Assembly: GCA_965240325.2 (NCBI GenBank)
Contig: OZ251254.1
Span: 1-64,000 of the forward strand
Direction of reading: 5' to 3'
DNA from: Rebecca billardiae RCC1528
Taxonomy: Eukaryota; Protista; Haptophyta
Length of the DNA stretch: 64,000 nt
Shown here in pieces: positions 36,224 through 47,115 of this stretch (position 1 is the stretch's first letter; each line of letters begins with the position of its first letter). The position numbers were made by a program, and so were the translations under genes. The notes under the pieces were generated by a model. The model was given only the letters and a program-made list of their open reading frames with translations, was not told the origin of the DNA and searched no databases.

Positions 36224-36663
36224 TCACGGCGCGGCGTGGCGGTGGCCCGCGACTGCGCGCTGCGCGCGCCGGACGTCCGCCGCGCGCAGGCTGAGGCCGT
36301 GGGGCCGCGCGGCGCGCGGCCGCGCGGCCGCGGCGCCGCCACCGCCGCCGCCGCCGCCGCGCGCCGGCCTCGCGCGCCGCGCGCGCAGCCCCGCCTCCGC
36401 CGCGCGCCGGCCGCAGTCGGGCGCGACGTACCCGCCAAAGTCCCACCGCCCCCGCGAGAGGGCCACGGCATAGAGAGAGGCGTTGCGCAACTCGAGCTCA
36501 AGCACACCCGCCGCCGCCGGCGCCGCGCCGCCAACGTGGCCGTCGGCGTAACCGCCGGCGTAACCGTCGGCGTAACCGTCGGCGGTGGCCGTGCGCTCGG
36601 GTAGCGGCAGGTGCACCGCGCACGGCCGCGGCTTGCGCGCGGGCGGCAGCTCGACGACGCGCT

Positions 36664-36704
<41 letters not shown>

Positions 36705-39160
36705 AGCTCCGCGTCCGCGTCGGCGTCGGCGGGCGGCGTGGGCGGCGCGTCCGCGTCGGCGGCGCGCTCGGCGGCTGCGAGCTCGGCGGCGCGCGCGGGC
36801 CGCACGCGCGCGCGCAAGGTGCCGCCGCGCTCCGCGCCGCCGTCGGCGACCGGCTCGACGAGCAGGCTGAGCACCCACGCGCCAGCACCGGACTCCTCCC
36901 CGGACCGCCCGGACTGCCCGGACTGTCCGGACTGTCCGGACTGTCCGGACGGACCGGACGGGGCGGCGGCGCCGCCGCCGCCGCGCGGCAGCGCGAACGG
37001 CTTGCTCGTGAGCGCGCCCGCCGCGCCCGCCGCCGCGGGGCGCACGCCCGCGATCGCGTGCAGCGGCCACGTCGCGCGGCGCGCCGCCACGCGGCTCGGG
37101 TCGCGGCGCTCAAAGTTGGTCCGCGCGAAATGCGTCGAGTTCACAAACACGTGGAACAGGTGTGCGCGGCCGCGCGCGAACACGAGCGAGCCGCACGGGA
37201 AGAGCATCCCGCCCTCGCGCGCGCCGGCGGGCGGGCGCTTGACCGCGGGCTCGCGCGCGTACACCCAGCCCGCGTCGAAGTGCAGCCCGTCTCTCGACGT
37301 CGCCAAATGCGTGTCGATGGTCTCGCAGATCGCTTGGCCGGCGCGCAGCGCGTCGCAGCCGCGGGTGAACTGCGGGAAGTCGGCGGCGGCGCGGAAGCGG
37401 AGCGTCTTGGCGAAGTTGAGCACGGTGAGCGCGCCGACGTGCAGCGGCGCCGGGTCCGCCGGCGCCGACGGGAAGCGCGAGGCGTGCAGCCCGTACAGCT
37501 GCATGCGGTATCGGTCCGATTTCCCGTCCAGGTCGAGGTACGCGCGCACTGCCGGCCTGAACACCGACTCGGCCGGCGCGGTGGAGCGCGCGAGCGCGGC
37601 GGCGGCGCCGGCGCGCGCGACGCGCAGGTCGAGCCCGCGGATCTCGCGCCACCGCGTCCGCCGCTTCGGCGGCATGCTCTTTGGGCCGAGCGTGCAGAAG
37701 TTGACGCGCGTCGCGACGACGTCGGCGCCGCGCGGCGCGCCGCCGCCGCCGCCGTCCGCGCCGCCGCCGCCGCCGTCCGCGCCGCCGCCGTCGGCGGCGG
37801 CGGGCGCGGCGGCGGGCGCACCGCCGCCGCGCCCGCCGCGCAGCGGCCCCGCTTCCGCGCCCGCGCCCGCGCCGCGCGGCAGCACCACCGCGGTCGCACC
37901 CACGGCCTCCGAACCGAGTGCCCCCTGATCCAACCAAGCCTCCGCCACATTCGCCGCGGGCGCGTGATACACCGCTGTGCACACGTCCCCGGGGGACCAG
38001 AGTAGGGAGCGGTTGCTGACTGAGCGCGGGAAGCGGAGGGGCGAGGCGCGGGAGGAGAAGGTGGCGCCGCGGAAGCAGGCGGGGGCGAGGTCGGAGCGGA
38101 GCGGGTCCGCGCCAAAGTACGCGGGCGTCACGTGCGACGCCCCGCCCGGCGGCGCGTCGAGCGAAAACAGCCGCGGCATCACGTGACCACACCAGTAGCC
38201 GCGGCCAGACATGACAAACGCGCGGCCGGCGGCGGCGGGCGCGGCGCCGGCGGCGCGCGAGCCGGGGCCGCCGTACTCGACGCGCGAGAGGCAGCCGTCC
38301 TCGCCCGGCTCCTCGAGCGGCTGCTCGAGCAGGTAGCTCGCCCCGCCGTCGCCCGCGCCCGCCGCGCGCGAAGCGTTGCGCGCCGCGTTGGCCGCGGCGA
38401 ACCGCGCGGCGGGCGGCGCGGCAGCGGGCTCAACGGAGGGCGCGCGCCGCCACGTGCCGCCGTCGGCGGAGGTCCAGACGGTGAGGCGGTGCGTGAGGAA
38501 GAAGGCGCGGGCGTCCGCGTCGTGGTACGCGTAGCAGTACGCGTCGAACCCCTCGCCCTTCATCCGCCGCTTCAAATCCTCCCACGCGCGCGCGCCCGGC
38601 GCGCGCGGCACGCTCAGTCGCTCGTTCTGCAGGTCGGCGTCAGGCACGCCGCGCAGCGCGGTGAGCGAGGGCGTGCGGAGGAAGCGGGCGAGGCCGCGCC
38701 ACGAGGCGAGCAGCCGGTCGTCGAGCAGCGTGAGCGGCCCGTGCGCCAGCAGGTGCGCCGCGCTCGCGCGCGCGTGCGCCGACGCGAGCGCGCGCCGCTG
38801 CACGGGGCACCAGGAGCAGTTACGCATGTGGCGGATGTCGCACGTCGGCTGGAACGGGTACTGCTTGGAGCCCTTGTCCTTGAGCAGGCTGGTCGACATG
38901 GCGTCGAGCAGCCGCGCGAACGCCACCTCGCGCGCGCGCAGCTCCGCCGCCGCCGGCGGCGTCCACGCGCCCCACGGCGTCGTGAGCTTGGGCGGCGTCG
39001 CCGGCGGCCGCTCGAGCGCGGCCGCGCCGCCGGCCGCGGCGCCGTGGTCGGGCGCGGTGGCGTTGGGCGCGGTGGCGTTGGGCGCGGTGCGCGCACGCGG
39101 CGCGCCGCCGCTCGCCACGCCCGCGGCGAGCAGCGCGCACGCGGCGAGGCGCGCGCGCAT
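36224..39160 (-). CDS. Secreted beta-propeller glycoside-hydrolase-like protein (GH32/43 clan-like, Asp-boxes), intronless
   Basis: Signal peptide MRARLAACALLAAGVA; Asp-box-like WTSADGGTW and LATSRDGLHF; C-terminal GALTSKPF...LELELRNASLYAV as in bacterial propeller hydrolases. Confidence 0.65.
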
Positions 39161-39677
39161 GCCCCGAGGCGCCGCGCGACGAGAGGCGCGCGCCAGCGGA
39201 TGCCGCCGCGTCGTCGGCTGCATTCTGAGAAGGGGGCCTGGCTGAGCTGTGTGCGTCTCTTATAATTCTTAGTATGGGGGTAAACTGTAGTATACAGTTT
39301 ATTTGTTTTAACGTGCGTAAGGCTCACGGTGGCAGGTTGCCGCGCCATCCTTCATCGCACGTACCGTCTCATTGTATCATCGTCATGATACAACACTACT
39401 GTCGCCTGCCTGAGCTGTGTGCGTCTCTTATTCTTAGTAAACTGTACAGTCGAATTCTGACCATTCTCCTTTCCCTTTCCGGCACCGCCCAACGTACGGC
39501 CGGGCGGCGGCGGAGGCGGCCCGCCGTTATGACGATGTCAGATCAATCCGTTGACACTCTGTTGGGATGACGCCCGCCCGCCCGCGCCGCGCGACTCCGG
39601 CCCACAGTGTCGCGGTCTACTGATGGCCATGATGTTGCTTGCCGTCAGACTACCCGGCGCGTGCCGTCGGCGGCCGG

Positions 39678-40292
39678 TCAGCACAGGCCAAGGATGCCGC
39701 ACCCCACCCTGTAGAGGGAGGCGAGCACCTGCGGGCGCACACGCCGCGGCGGAGGGTGTGGGCGGCACGGGCAAGCGTCATGGTGCGCACGCCGCGGCGC
39801 AGGCGGCGCTGCTGACGGCCCTGCTCGTCGGCACTTGGCGGGCATCATCCTCGCGAGGATGATGCCGGCCCGGCGCGCGCGCTGCTCGCGGAGCAGCAGC
39901 GCAGAGACTCGCTGCGGAGCGCATGGCAGGCGGCAGGCGCGGGGGCGCGCGGCGGCGCGCGGCGGCGGCGCGCACCGTGAAGAAGCACACCGACTCGCAG
40001 GCATATGGCGGCGGCGGCGACGGTGGCGGCGGCGGAGGCGGCGCCGGTGGCGGCGATGGCGGAGGGCTCGGCGGCGGCGTGGGCGGCGGCGGGCTCGGCG
40101 GCGGGCTGGGCGGTGGTGAGGGCGGCGGGGACGGCGGCGGCAGTGGCTGGAGTGGCGGCGGCGGGCTTGGCGGCGGCGACGGCGGCGGCGGCGGGCTGGG
40201 CGGCGGGAAGGGCTTCGGGGGCGATGGCGGCGAGCTGGGCGGCGGTGGGCTCCACGGCGGGCTCGGTGGGGGCGACCGCGGCGGCGGGCTCG

Positions 40293-40331
<39 letters not shown>

Positions 40332-41859
40332 TCGGCGACGCCGGCGGCGGCGGCGAGCTCGGTGGGTTCGGCGGCGGGCTCGGCGGGCTCGGCGGCGGCG
40401 ACACGCTGGCCTGCCCGAAGCACAGATCCTCGCCCGAGAGGCACTTGCTGAGGGCGCCGTCGCCCAGGTCGATGGGCCGCAGCTGGTCGCCGAGCACGCT
40501 CTGCAGTTCGCTGCCAATGCGGGACGTTTTTTCGCCCTGGCCGAGGAGCGGATAATAGCCGACGCACGCGAAGGTGCAGTCGTCGAGCAGCACGCAGTTC
40601 GTCTCCTCGCCCATGTCGAACTTGCAGACCGTCCGGTTGCGGTTCTCCGGGTCGGACGGGTGCCTGCCCAGGTAGATGGGCTTGAGGCGGTCGCCCATCT
40701 CCCCCGGGTTCTCGCCGCGGTCCACTGTGTCGCCGTTCATGAGCAGGCTGTAGGGGTTGTCGCCCCAGCACACGAAGGAGCCGTCGTCGCGCAGCACGCA
40801 CGTCGTGCCGCCGGAGGGCGACGCGGCTCTCACCGCGACGGCCGTCCTGTTCGTGCCCAGGTCGACGAAGGGCAGCTTGTCGCCCATCAGGTTGGGCAGC
40901 ACGTCGTCCTTCCCGTCGCCGCGATTGAGATCGTCCTCGTACCCGAGCGCGCCGTCGGCGTTGCCGCCCCAGCACTTGAGACCGCCGTTGGCGAAGATCG
41001 CGCAGATGTGGTCCTGGGTGAGCTCCACCGCCACCACCGGCTCGGTGGTCCCGAGGTTGACGGCCGGGAGCTTGTCGCCCATGAGATGGCAGTCCGGGCA
41101 TGCCGACTCAAAGCCCCTCCCCCTGTCGTGTGTGTCGTCGTAGCCGAGCAAGCCGCCCGGGTTGTCGCCCCAGCACTTGAGGTCATCGTTGTCGAGGATG
41201 GCGCAGAACCCGTCGTAGCCGGCGAAGATGTCCACTGCGTACCGCCCCGCCCCAAAGTCGATGGGCGTCAGGCTGTCGCCCATCTCGCCCGGGTCGTCGC
41301 CGACGCTCTGCGTGCTTGAGGAGCTCAGGCCCAGGCCGAGCCACTGCGCGTGGCCGAAGCACCGGGTGGTGGTGTCGTTGAGGAGGAGGCACCTGCTCAA
41401 TTCGCCGACGGCCGCCTTCACGATCGCCGTGCCGGACGGCAGCTCGATGGCCGGCAGCTTGTCGCCCATCGTGCCACTCACGTCGCCTCGGTTGACGACG
41501 TCGCCGGTCCCGAGACGGCCGTATTGCCCCTTGCCCCAGCACTTGAAGTCGCCGTTGTCGAGCAGCGCGCACGCGCTGTCCTCCGTCACCGAGTAGATCC
41601 GCCGCACCGTGCGCCCCGTGCCCAGGTCGATCGCCGTCAGGTTGTTGCCCATCTCGCCGGGGTCGTCGCCGCGGTTCACTTCGTCCCCGTGGCCGTGCCG
41701 TCCGGAGCCGCCTTTCCCCCAGCACTTGGTCGCGCCCGTGTCGAGGATGGCGCACCCGGGGCCGCCGCAGCCGCCCATGGCGAAGTCGAAGCACGCGGCC
41801 GGGACTGCGAGGCACGCGGCGAGCGCCAGGAAGGCGGTCAACGACGAGGGGGGTGGCAT
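39678..41859 (-). CDS. Secreted RCC1/BLIP-II 7-repeat beta-propeller with SPPP stalk, paralogue 1; exons 41859-39976, 39728-39678
   Basis: Signal peptide; 7 repeats of C-A/V-x-L-D..K-C-W-G..G-x-L-G...MGDxLxxVDLG; (SPPP)n; spliced tail FFT/VLASLYRVGCGILGLC* conserved with paralogue 2. Confidence 0.9.
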
Positions 41860-42286
41860 CACTTCGTCTGTACTGGACGCGCAGCACCGTGGCCCTCGCT
41901 AGTCGCTGCAACTACTGAGCGGCGCCTAGGCGCGGGCACCTCCGATGAACGTAGCATACGCCAAAATTAACGTCGAGCACGAAAACTTGGTCACGACCAC
42001 GACTCTGCCCGGGAAGCACCATATTTATGGGGGTACTGCGTGCTACTATTTACTACTGCGCCAGCAGCAGCAGGGCTGCAGGCGCGCTGCGGCGGATTCA
42101 TCCAACGCACGCGCGGTAGTCTTATGATACGTCAATCTCGCCTGCCTGAGCTGTGTGCGTCTCTTATTCTTAGTAAACTGTACCAATCTCGTTCGCATGA
42201 GCTCGGTGTGCGTCTCCTATTATTATCAAACTACGGATTTGCATGCGCCCGAACGACATATCGTCGTCAGTCCGGCAGGTGCGCGG

Positions 42287-43195
42287 ATTGACACTACTAC
42301 TGCGCCACAAGGGGGGGGGGGTCCAAAATTGTCCCCGCCGACGGCTCGATGGCTGCCGCACGTGCGTGCCCCGCGTGCCTTGCGCGTGTACGTGCACGGT
42401 AGGGCGTCCCGACAGCGAGGGCGGGGTGGCGTAGATGGTCTCATGGGAGGTGTGCCCGTGTGCCGGAGACGCTTCGACACCTTGGTGGCGTGCCCACACC
42501 TCTCGTTGCCGCCGCTTGCCTGCTGCGTGCCTGGCCAGCCGTGTTCGGAGAGCACGCCTGCGCGTGCATGGCCAATGTCGGGCGGATCGAGCCGTAGTGA
42601 GTGCGCGTGCGGGTACTCCTATCCGATGCGTCTCTCTACCACTGTCGCAGTAGCTCTTGTACGTCAACCCTAAGCCGTGCACTCGAACCCACGACGTGTC
42701 AACGTTATCATGGTGGTATGCGACATGCTGGCCAGTTTTATTTTCAAATAGCGCATTTGACGCCATTCCTCGGCCATTGTTCGCGAGCATGTTGGGCATG
42801 TGCCCGACTGGATTCGACAGGCTTCACGACGCGCACGAGGGCTTGCGACAGTGGTAGAGAGACGCATCGGGTAGGAGTACCCGCACGCGCACTCACCAAG
42901 GCTCGATCCGCCCGACATTGGCCATGCACGCGCAGGCGTGCTCTCAACACGGCTGGCCGAGCACGCAGCAGGCAAGCGGCGGCAAGGAGAGGTGTGCGCA
43001 CGCCACCAAGGTGTCGAAGCGTCTCCGGCACACGGGCACACCTCCCATGAGACCATCTACGCCACCCCGCCCTCGCTGTCGGGACGCCCTACCGTGCACG
43101 TACACGCGCAAGGCACGCGGGGCACGCACGTGCGGCAGCCATCGAGCCGTCGGCGGGGACAACTTTGGACCCCCCCCTTGTGGCGCAGTGTCAAT
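42287..43195. mobile_element. Foldback/MITE element with ~355-bp inverted arms (42287-42649, 42844-43195) and a ~195-bp spacer
   Basis: Arms are near-perfect reverse complements; mirror-image ORFs 42435+/42670- and 42226-/42938+ in the track reflect this. Confidence 0.92.
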
Positions 43196-43812
43196 TAAGG
43201 CGGCGGGGGTGCGCTGCTTGCCTCCGCGGGCGAGCAGCGCGCAGTTTACGCCGGGCATGTGGACCTGCCCACCCTTCATCTTCCAGTTCTTCCCTTCGGC
43301 TGGGGCTCGATCAGTCGACGCGGCGTCGCTCACAGCGCAGGCGGGTGTTTGGCGTGGCTGCACTCTCGAGGTGGCTGGGATACAACATCCAGGTGCAGCA
43401 CCCTCCCCGTGTGGTGTCTAAGAGCGCGCTAGCTCGAGCGCGTGCCTCCGAGCGCGGGGCGGCCGCTTGCGCTGCAATGGCCGCCTCGATGAGGTGCGGC
43501 AACGCGCCCCTCACCTGCCTGCGCCGGTCTGTTTTGTGGCGGTGTCTTTGTGCAGAATGTTGGACAGATGGCGTTAATCACGCCGCCTTATAACCAAGTG
43601 TGCACGTTAAATCATATATATAGTAAACTGTAATATACTGATACACGCGGCCCGGCCTCGGACTTGATTGATGGCGCGCCGCCCGGGGGCGTCCGAGGAC
43701 GGATGCGGCGTCGGAGCGCGGCCCGCCGAGTGATTGAGCGAGCGGGGGACGCCGGCCCTGGCACCGCCTCTGCGCGCCTTCTGGCTGCATATTTCAGTCG
43801 TGAATTCATTCG

Positions 43813-45069
43813 TCAGAAGCGCAGGTCGGCGCCGATGAGCACGTGGTCGCTCGGCTCGTGCGCGCTCGGGTACGGCGCGTCGGCCGCCTGCTGCGCGGTG
43901 GGCAGCTCGCGCACGCCGTCGACGGCCCAGCCGCGCGAGAGCCAGATGTAGTCGAGCGTCTCGCGGAACAGCGGGCCCTCGCCGACCCACGCGTTATTCG
44001 TAAAGTCCGGCTCCTTGCCGCCGTGCAGCGCGTACGCGGACGCGAGCGCGCCGCCGGGCAGCGCGTCCGGAGTCCACGCGGCGGCGCGGCCGGTGCCGCC
44101 GCCGAGCGGCGGGCGCTCCGGGTGCTCCGCGGGCGGCCCGGTGCCGGAGAGCAGCTGATACGACGGCGAGCCCGGCACGAAGTTGAAGTCGCCCATCAGC
44201 ACGTGCGCGGCCGCCTCCGCCTCGCCGCCCGCCGGCGCGTGCTTCACCGCCAGCCGCCCCACCCACTGCGCGCACAGCGCGGCGTGGATCATCATCACCT
44301 GCCGGCGCCGGCGCGCGCGCGGGGGCGGGGGAGCGGGGGGTTTGGTGGCGCGGTGCTGGGTGGCGGTCGTGGGCGCGCGCACGGCACCGGGCGCGCGCAA
44401 CGGCGCGACAGGCCGGACCTGCCGGTCCGCGACCGTGCGGAAGAGGCAGGGCATGTGGTAGCAGCCGACGACGAACGGCTGGGGCGCGGGCTGGGTCTTG
44501 GGCACGAGCACCGCCGCGATCGCCTGGTTGCTCCGGAACCGCGCCTCCGCCAGCGGGTCGCCCGTGATGCCGCCGCCGAACGCGCCGCGCTTACGGCCGC
44601 CGCCGCCGCCGCCGCCGAGACCGACGAGTGAGAAGAGCGCGCCGAGGCCGCGGCGGAGGACGGCGAGCGCGGCGCCGAGCGCGCCGCGGCCGCGCGCCCC
44701 GCCGCGCGCCTCCTCGCGCGGCCACGCGCGCGTGTCCGCCATCCGCGCGATCTTCACCTCCGAGACTTCATACTCTGCCGTCGGCCACGCGAGCGCTACC
44801 CCCATATACCCGTTAAAATGGCGGCCGTACAGGGCGGTGACGAGGTGGTAGCCCTCGGCGGCGAAGAAGGCGTGGAGCGAGCCCGCCCAGTCCATGCTCA
44901 CCTCCTGCAGCGCGATCACCGACTTGGCCGCCGTCTCCGCGCGCAGCTTGGCGAGCACGCGCGGCAGCCGCGCCGCCGCGTCCAGATCGGCCGGCGCGCA
45001 GCGCGTGAAGTGCGACGGGTCGGCGAGGTGCGAGGAGAGGACGTTGTACGTGGCGACGCGGACGCGCAT
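43813..45069 (-). CDS. EEP-family CCR4/nocturnin/PDE12-like phosphodiesterase; intron 44299-44418
   Basis: VATYNVLS; VIALQEV; VLMGDFN; EPDFTN; TLDYIW; PSDH. Confidence 0.92.
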   Translation of the reverse strand: MRVRVATYNVLSSHLADPSHFTRCAPADLDAAARLPRVLAKLRAETAAKSVIALQEVSMDWAGSLHAFFAAEGYHLVTALYGRHFNGYMGVALAWPTAEYEVSEVKIARMADTRAWPREEARGGARGRGALGAALAVLRRGLGALFSLVGLGGGGGGGRKRGAFGGGITGDPLAEARFRSNQAIAAVLVPKTQPAPQPFVVGCYHMPCLFRTVADRQVRPVAPLRAPGAVRAPTTATQHRATKPPAPPPPRARRRRQVMMIHAALCAQWVGRLAVKHAPAGGEAEAAAHVLMGDFNFVPGSPSYQLLSGTGPPAEHPERPPLGGGTGRAAAWTPDALPGGALASAYALHGGKEPDFTNNAWVGEGPLFRETLDYIWLSRGWAVDGVRELPTAQQAADAPYPSAHEPSDHVLIGADLRF

Positions 45070-45291
45070 GCCGGCCGGCGCCGTGGGGGCGAGGGCCGCG
45101 AGCGCGAGGAGGGCGAGGCGCGCGCGCGCCGTGGCGGTGCGAGGAGCAGCTGGCGGGCGCGCGTGACGAGCCGACCGGTGCGCAAGCAAGCACCCCAGTC
45201 CGGGCCCGGGCGGCGGCGGCGGTGGCGCCCGGACTTGGCGCTTTGGGCAGCGATCGCGGGCGGGAAGCTGGGCTGCGGCGCGCGGCCGGAA

Positions 45292-46134
45292 ATGCCCGAC
45301 GAGTGGCTGCAGCGCCCGCGGCGAAGAGACGCGCTCGTGCTCCTCGGCTGCGTGGGCTGCGCCGCCGTCGTCATCCTCGTCGCGCAGGGCGAGGCGCCGC
45401 AGCTCGAGTCCGTCCACACGCGCCTCACCGCGTCGCGCGCGCGCTACAGCCGCGCGCAGCCGCAGCCGGCCGCGCCGCGCAACGCGACGGGCGCGGCGGC
45501 GCACGCGGCGGTCGCGGCGCCCGTCGCGCCGGCGAGTGGGCCGGCGAGTGGGCCGTCGAGCACCGCAGCAGCGGCCGGCGCCCGCGCCCAGCCGGCGGCC
45601 GGCGCCAGCGCGGCCGGCGCGGCCGGCGGCGCGGCCGGCGGCGCGGCTGCGGCAGGCGGCGGCGCGGCCGGCGGCGGCCTGCAGTGCCACCACTACGACC
45701 ACGCGGGCTTCGACGGGACGTCGTTCACGTGGGGCATGTCCTTCAAGACGGCCGACGCCGCCGAGTGCTGCGACGCCTGCCGCGCGCACAACCGCGCGTG
45801 CGGCAGCATGGCCGCCCGCGGCACACATTACTGGACCGCGTCGGTGACCGGTCAGCGCGCCGCGTGCGGCAAGCACGGCGTCGGGTGCAACGTGTTCGCG
45901 TACTGCCCGCACGCGCTGTGCTGGGCGAACGACATCCACAACCACACCCTCGGCGAGTGCTGGCTCAAGCACCAGCCGGACCCCGCGCGCCCGCGCTCGC
46001 CCGCCATCGGCGCCTATCCGGAGCCCTACCGGAAAAAGCATCGCACGGCGCCGGCGCTCGTGCAGTGGGCGAGCGGCGCGCTGCTGCGTCCGGGCGAGCG
46101 GCTCGTGCCGGACGGGCCGTACTGGCGGTACTGA
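45292..46134 (+). CDS. Type II membrane protein with a Cys-rich PAN/Apple-like domain
   Basis: N-terminal TM segment; FDG..FTWG..AAECCDAC..CNVFAYC..GECWLK..WASG. Confidence 0.8.
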   Translation: MPDEWLQRPRRRDALVLLGCVGCAAVVILVAQGEAPQLESVHTRLTASRARYSRAQPQPAAPRNATGAAAHAAVAAPVAPASGPASGPSSTAAAAGARAQPAAGASAAGAAGGAAGGAAAAGGGAAGGGLQCHHYDHAGFDGTSFTWGMSFKTADAAECCDACRAHNRACGSMAARGTHYWTASVTGQRAACGKHGVGCNVFAYCPHALCWANDIHNHTLGECWLKHQPDPARPRSPAIGAYPEPYRKKHRTAPALVQWASGALLRPGERLVPDGPYWRY

Positions 46135-46192
46135 GCGCGCGGGGCGGCGCGCCCGACGCGCAGCTGGAGGGCGGCGCCCCCACCGACAACGG

Positions 46193-46269
46193 GGGCGAGA
46201 TCGGGCGAGATCGGGCGAGATCGGGCGAGATCGGGCGAGATCGGGCGAGATCGGGCGAGATCGGGCGAG
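46193..46269. repeat. 10-bp tandem repeat GGGCGAGATC, about 7.5 copies
   Basis: Directly visible in the 3' flank of the Apple-domain gene. Confidence 0.95.
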
Positions 46270-47115
46270 CTCGTTGGGTGGAGTCGAATGGGGCGGCCTT
46301 CGAGCTGTGCAGCACTTCCGCTTCCGCTCGCCGTCCGAGCACCGGACCATCACCGGGCTGCTGCGGTGCCCGTTTGCTCGCGGGCACTATAACTACGCCG
46401 CCGCGCGCGGCGCCGCTCCGGGACCGGCGCCACGGCGAGCGCCGTCGGTGGCACGGACCACGGTCCGCCTGGCGCCTCTGGCACTCTCAGTCGTCTCAGT
46501 CTCAGACTCAGTCTCGGGACTCTCGGCCGCCGGGAGCCTACTGGCAAGGGAGCCCCTTGCTACTGGAGTACGACTGCTGCCTAGTCATACGGCACTGCCG
46601 ATGGGCGATGGCGACTCGCGCGGGCCCGTGACGAGCCTGAGTCGACGAGCCGCCGGCTGCGCGCCGACCGGTACCGTCCCGACTCCGTCTGGCCGTGGGC
46701 CGCGCGCAGCAGACCGCCGCGGTCGGCGGCCAGAACGCCGCGGCACCGATGCGCGCAGCTAATCTGAGTCAGGCCGAGCGACTTATCGGACCGCGACGGT
46801 CCGTGCCGCCGGGCGGGCCACGGCCGCTGGATCGCTGACCACACTGGGCCTGGCGCTGCCCCGGTGGCCGGTACAGACTTAGACTACAGACCGCGCCGTA
46901 CCGTGTCTGACGAGGCCGTGCTGACGGTCCGGCGCGCGGTCGGGGCTCGGTCGTGTGGCGGCCTGTGCGCAACGGCCCGCCCACGGGCGGAGGACGCTGC
47001 GCGCGCGTGTCCGAGCGGCTGCATGCAGCATGGCCGCCAGGCCGAGGCGGCGGCGCGCGCAGTCAGACGAATCACATTTATTCGGGGCGCGTCACGGGCG
47101 GCGGCGGCGGGGCGC

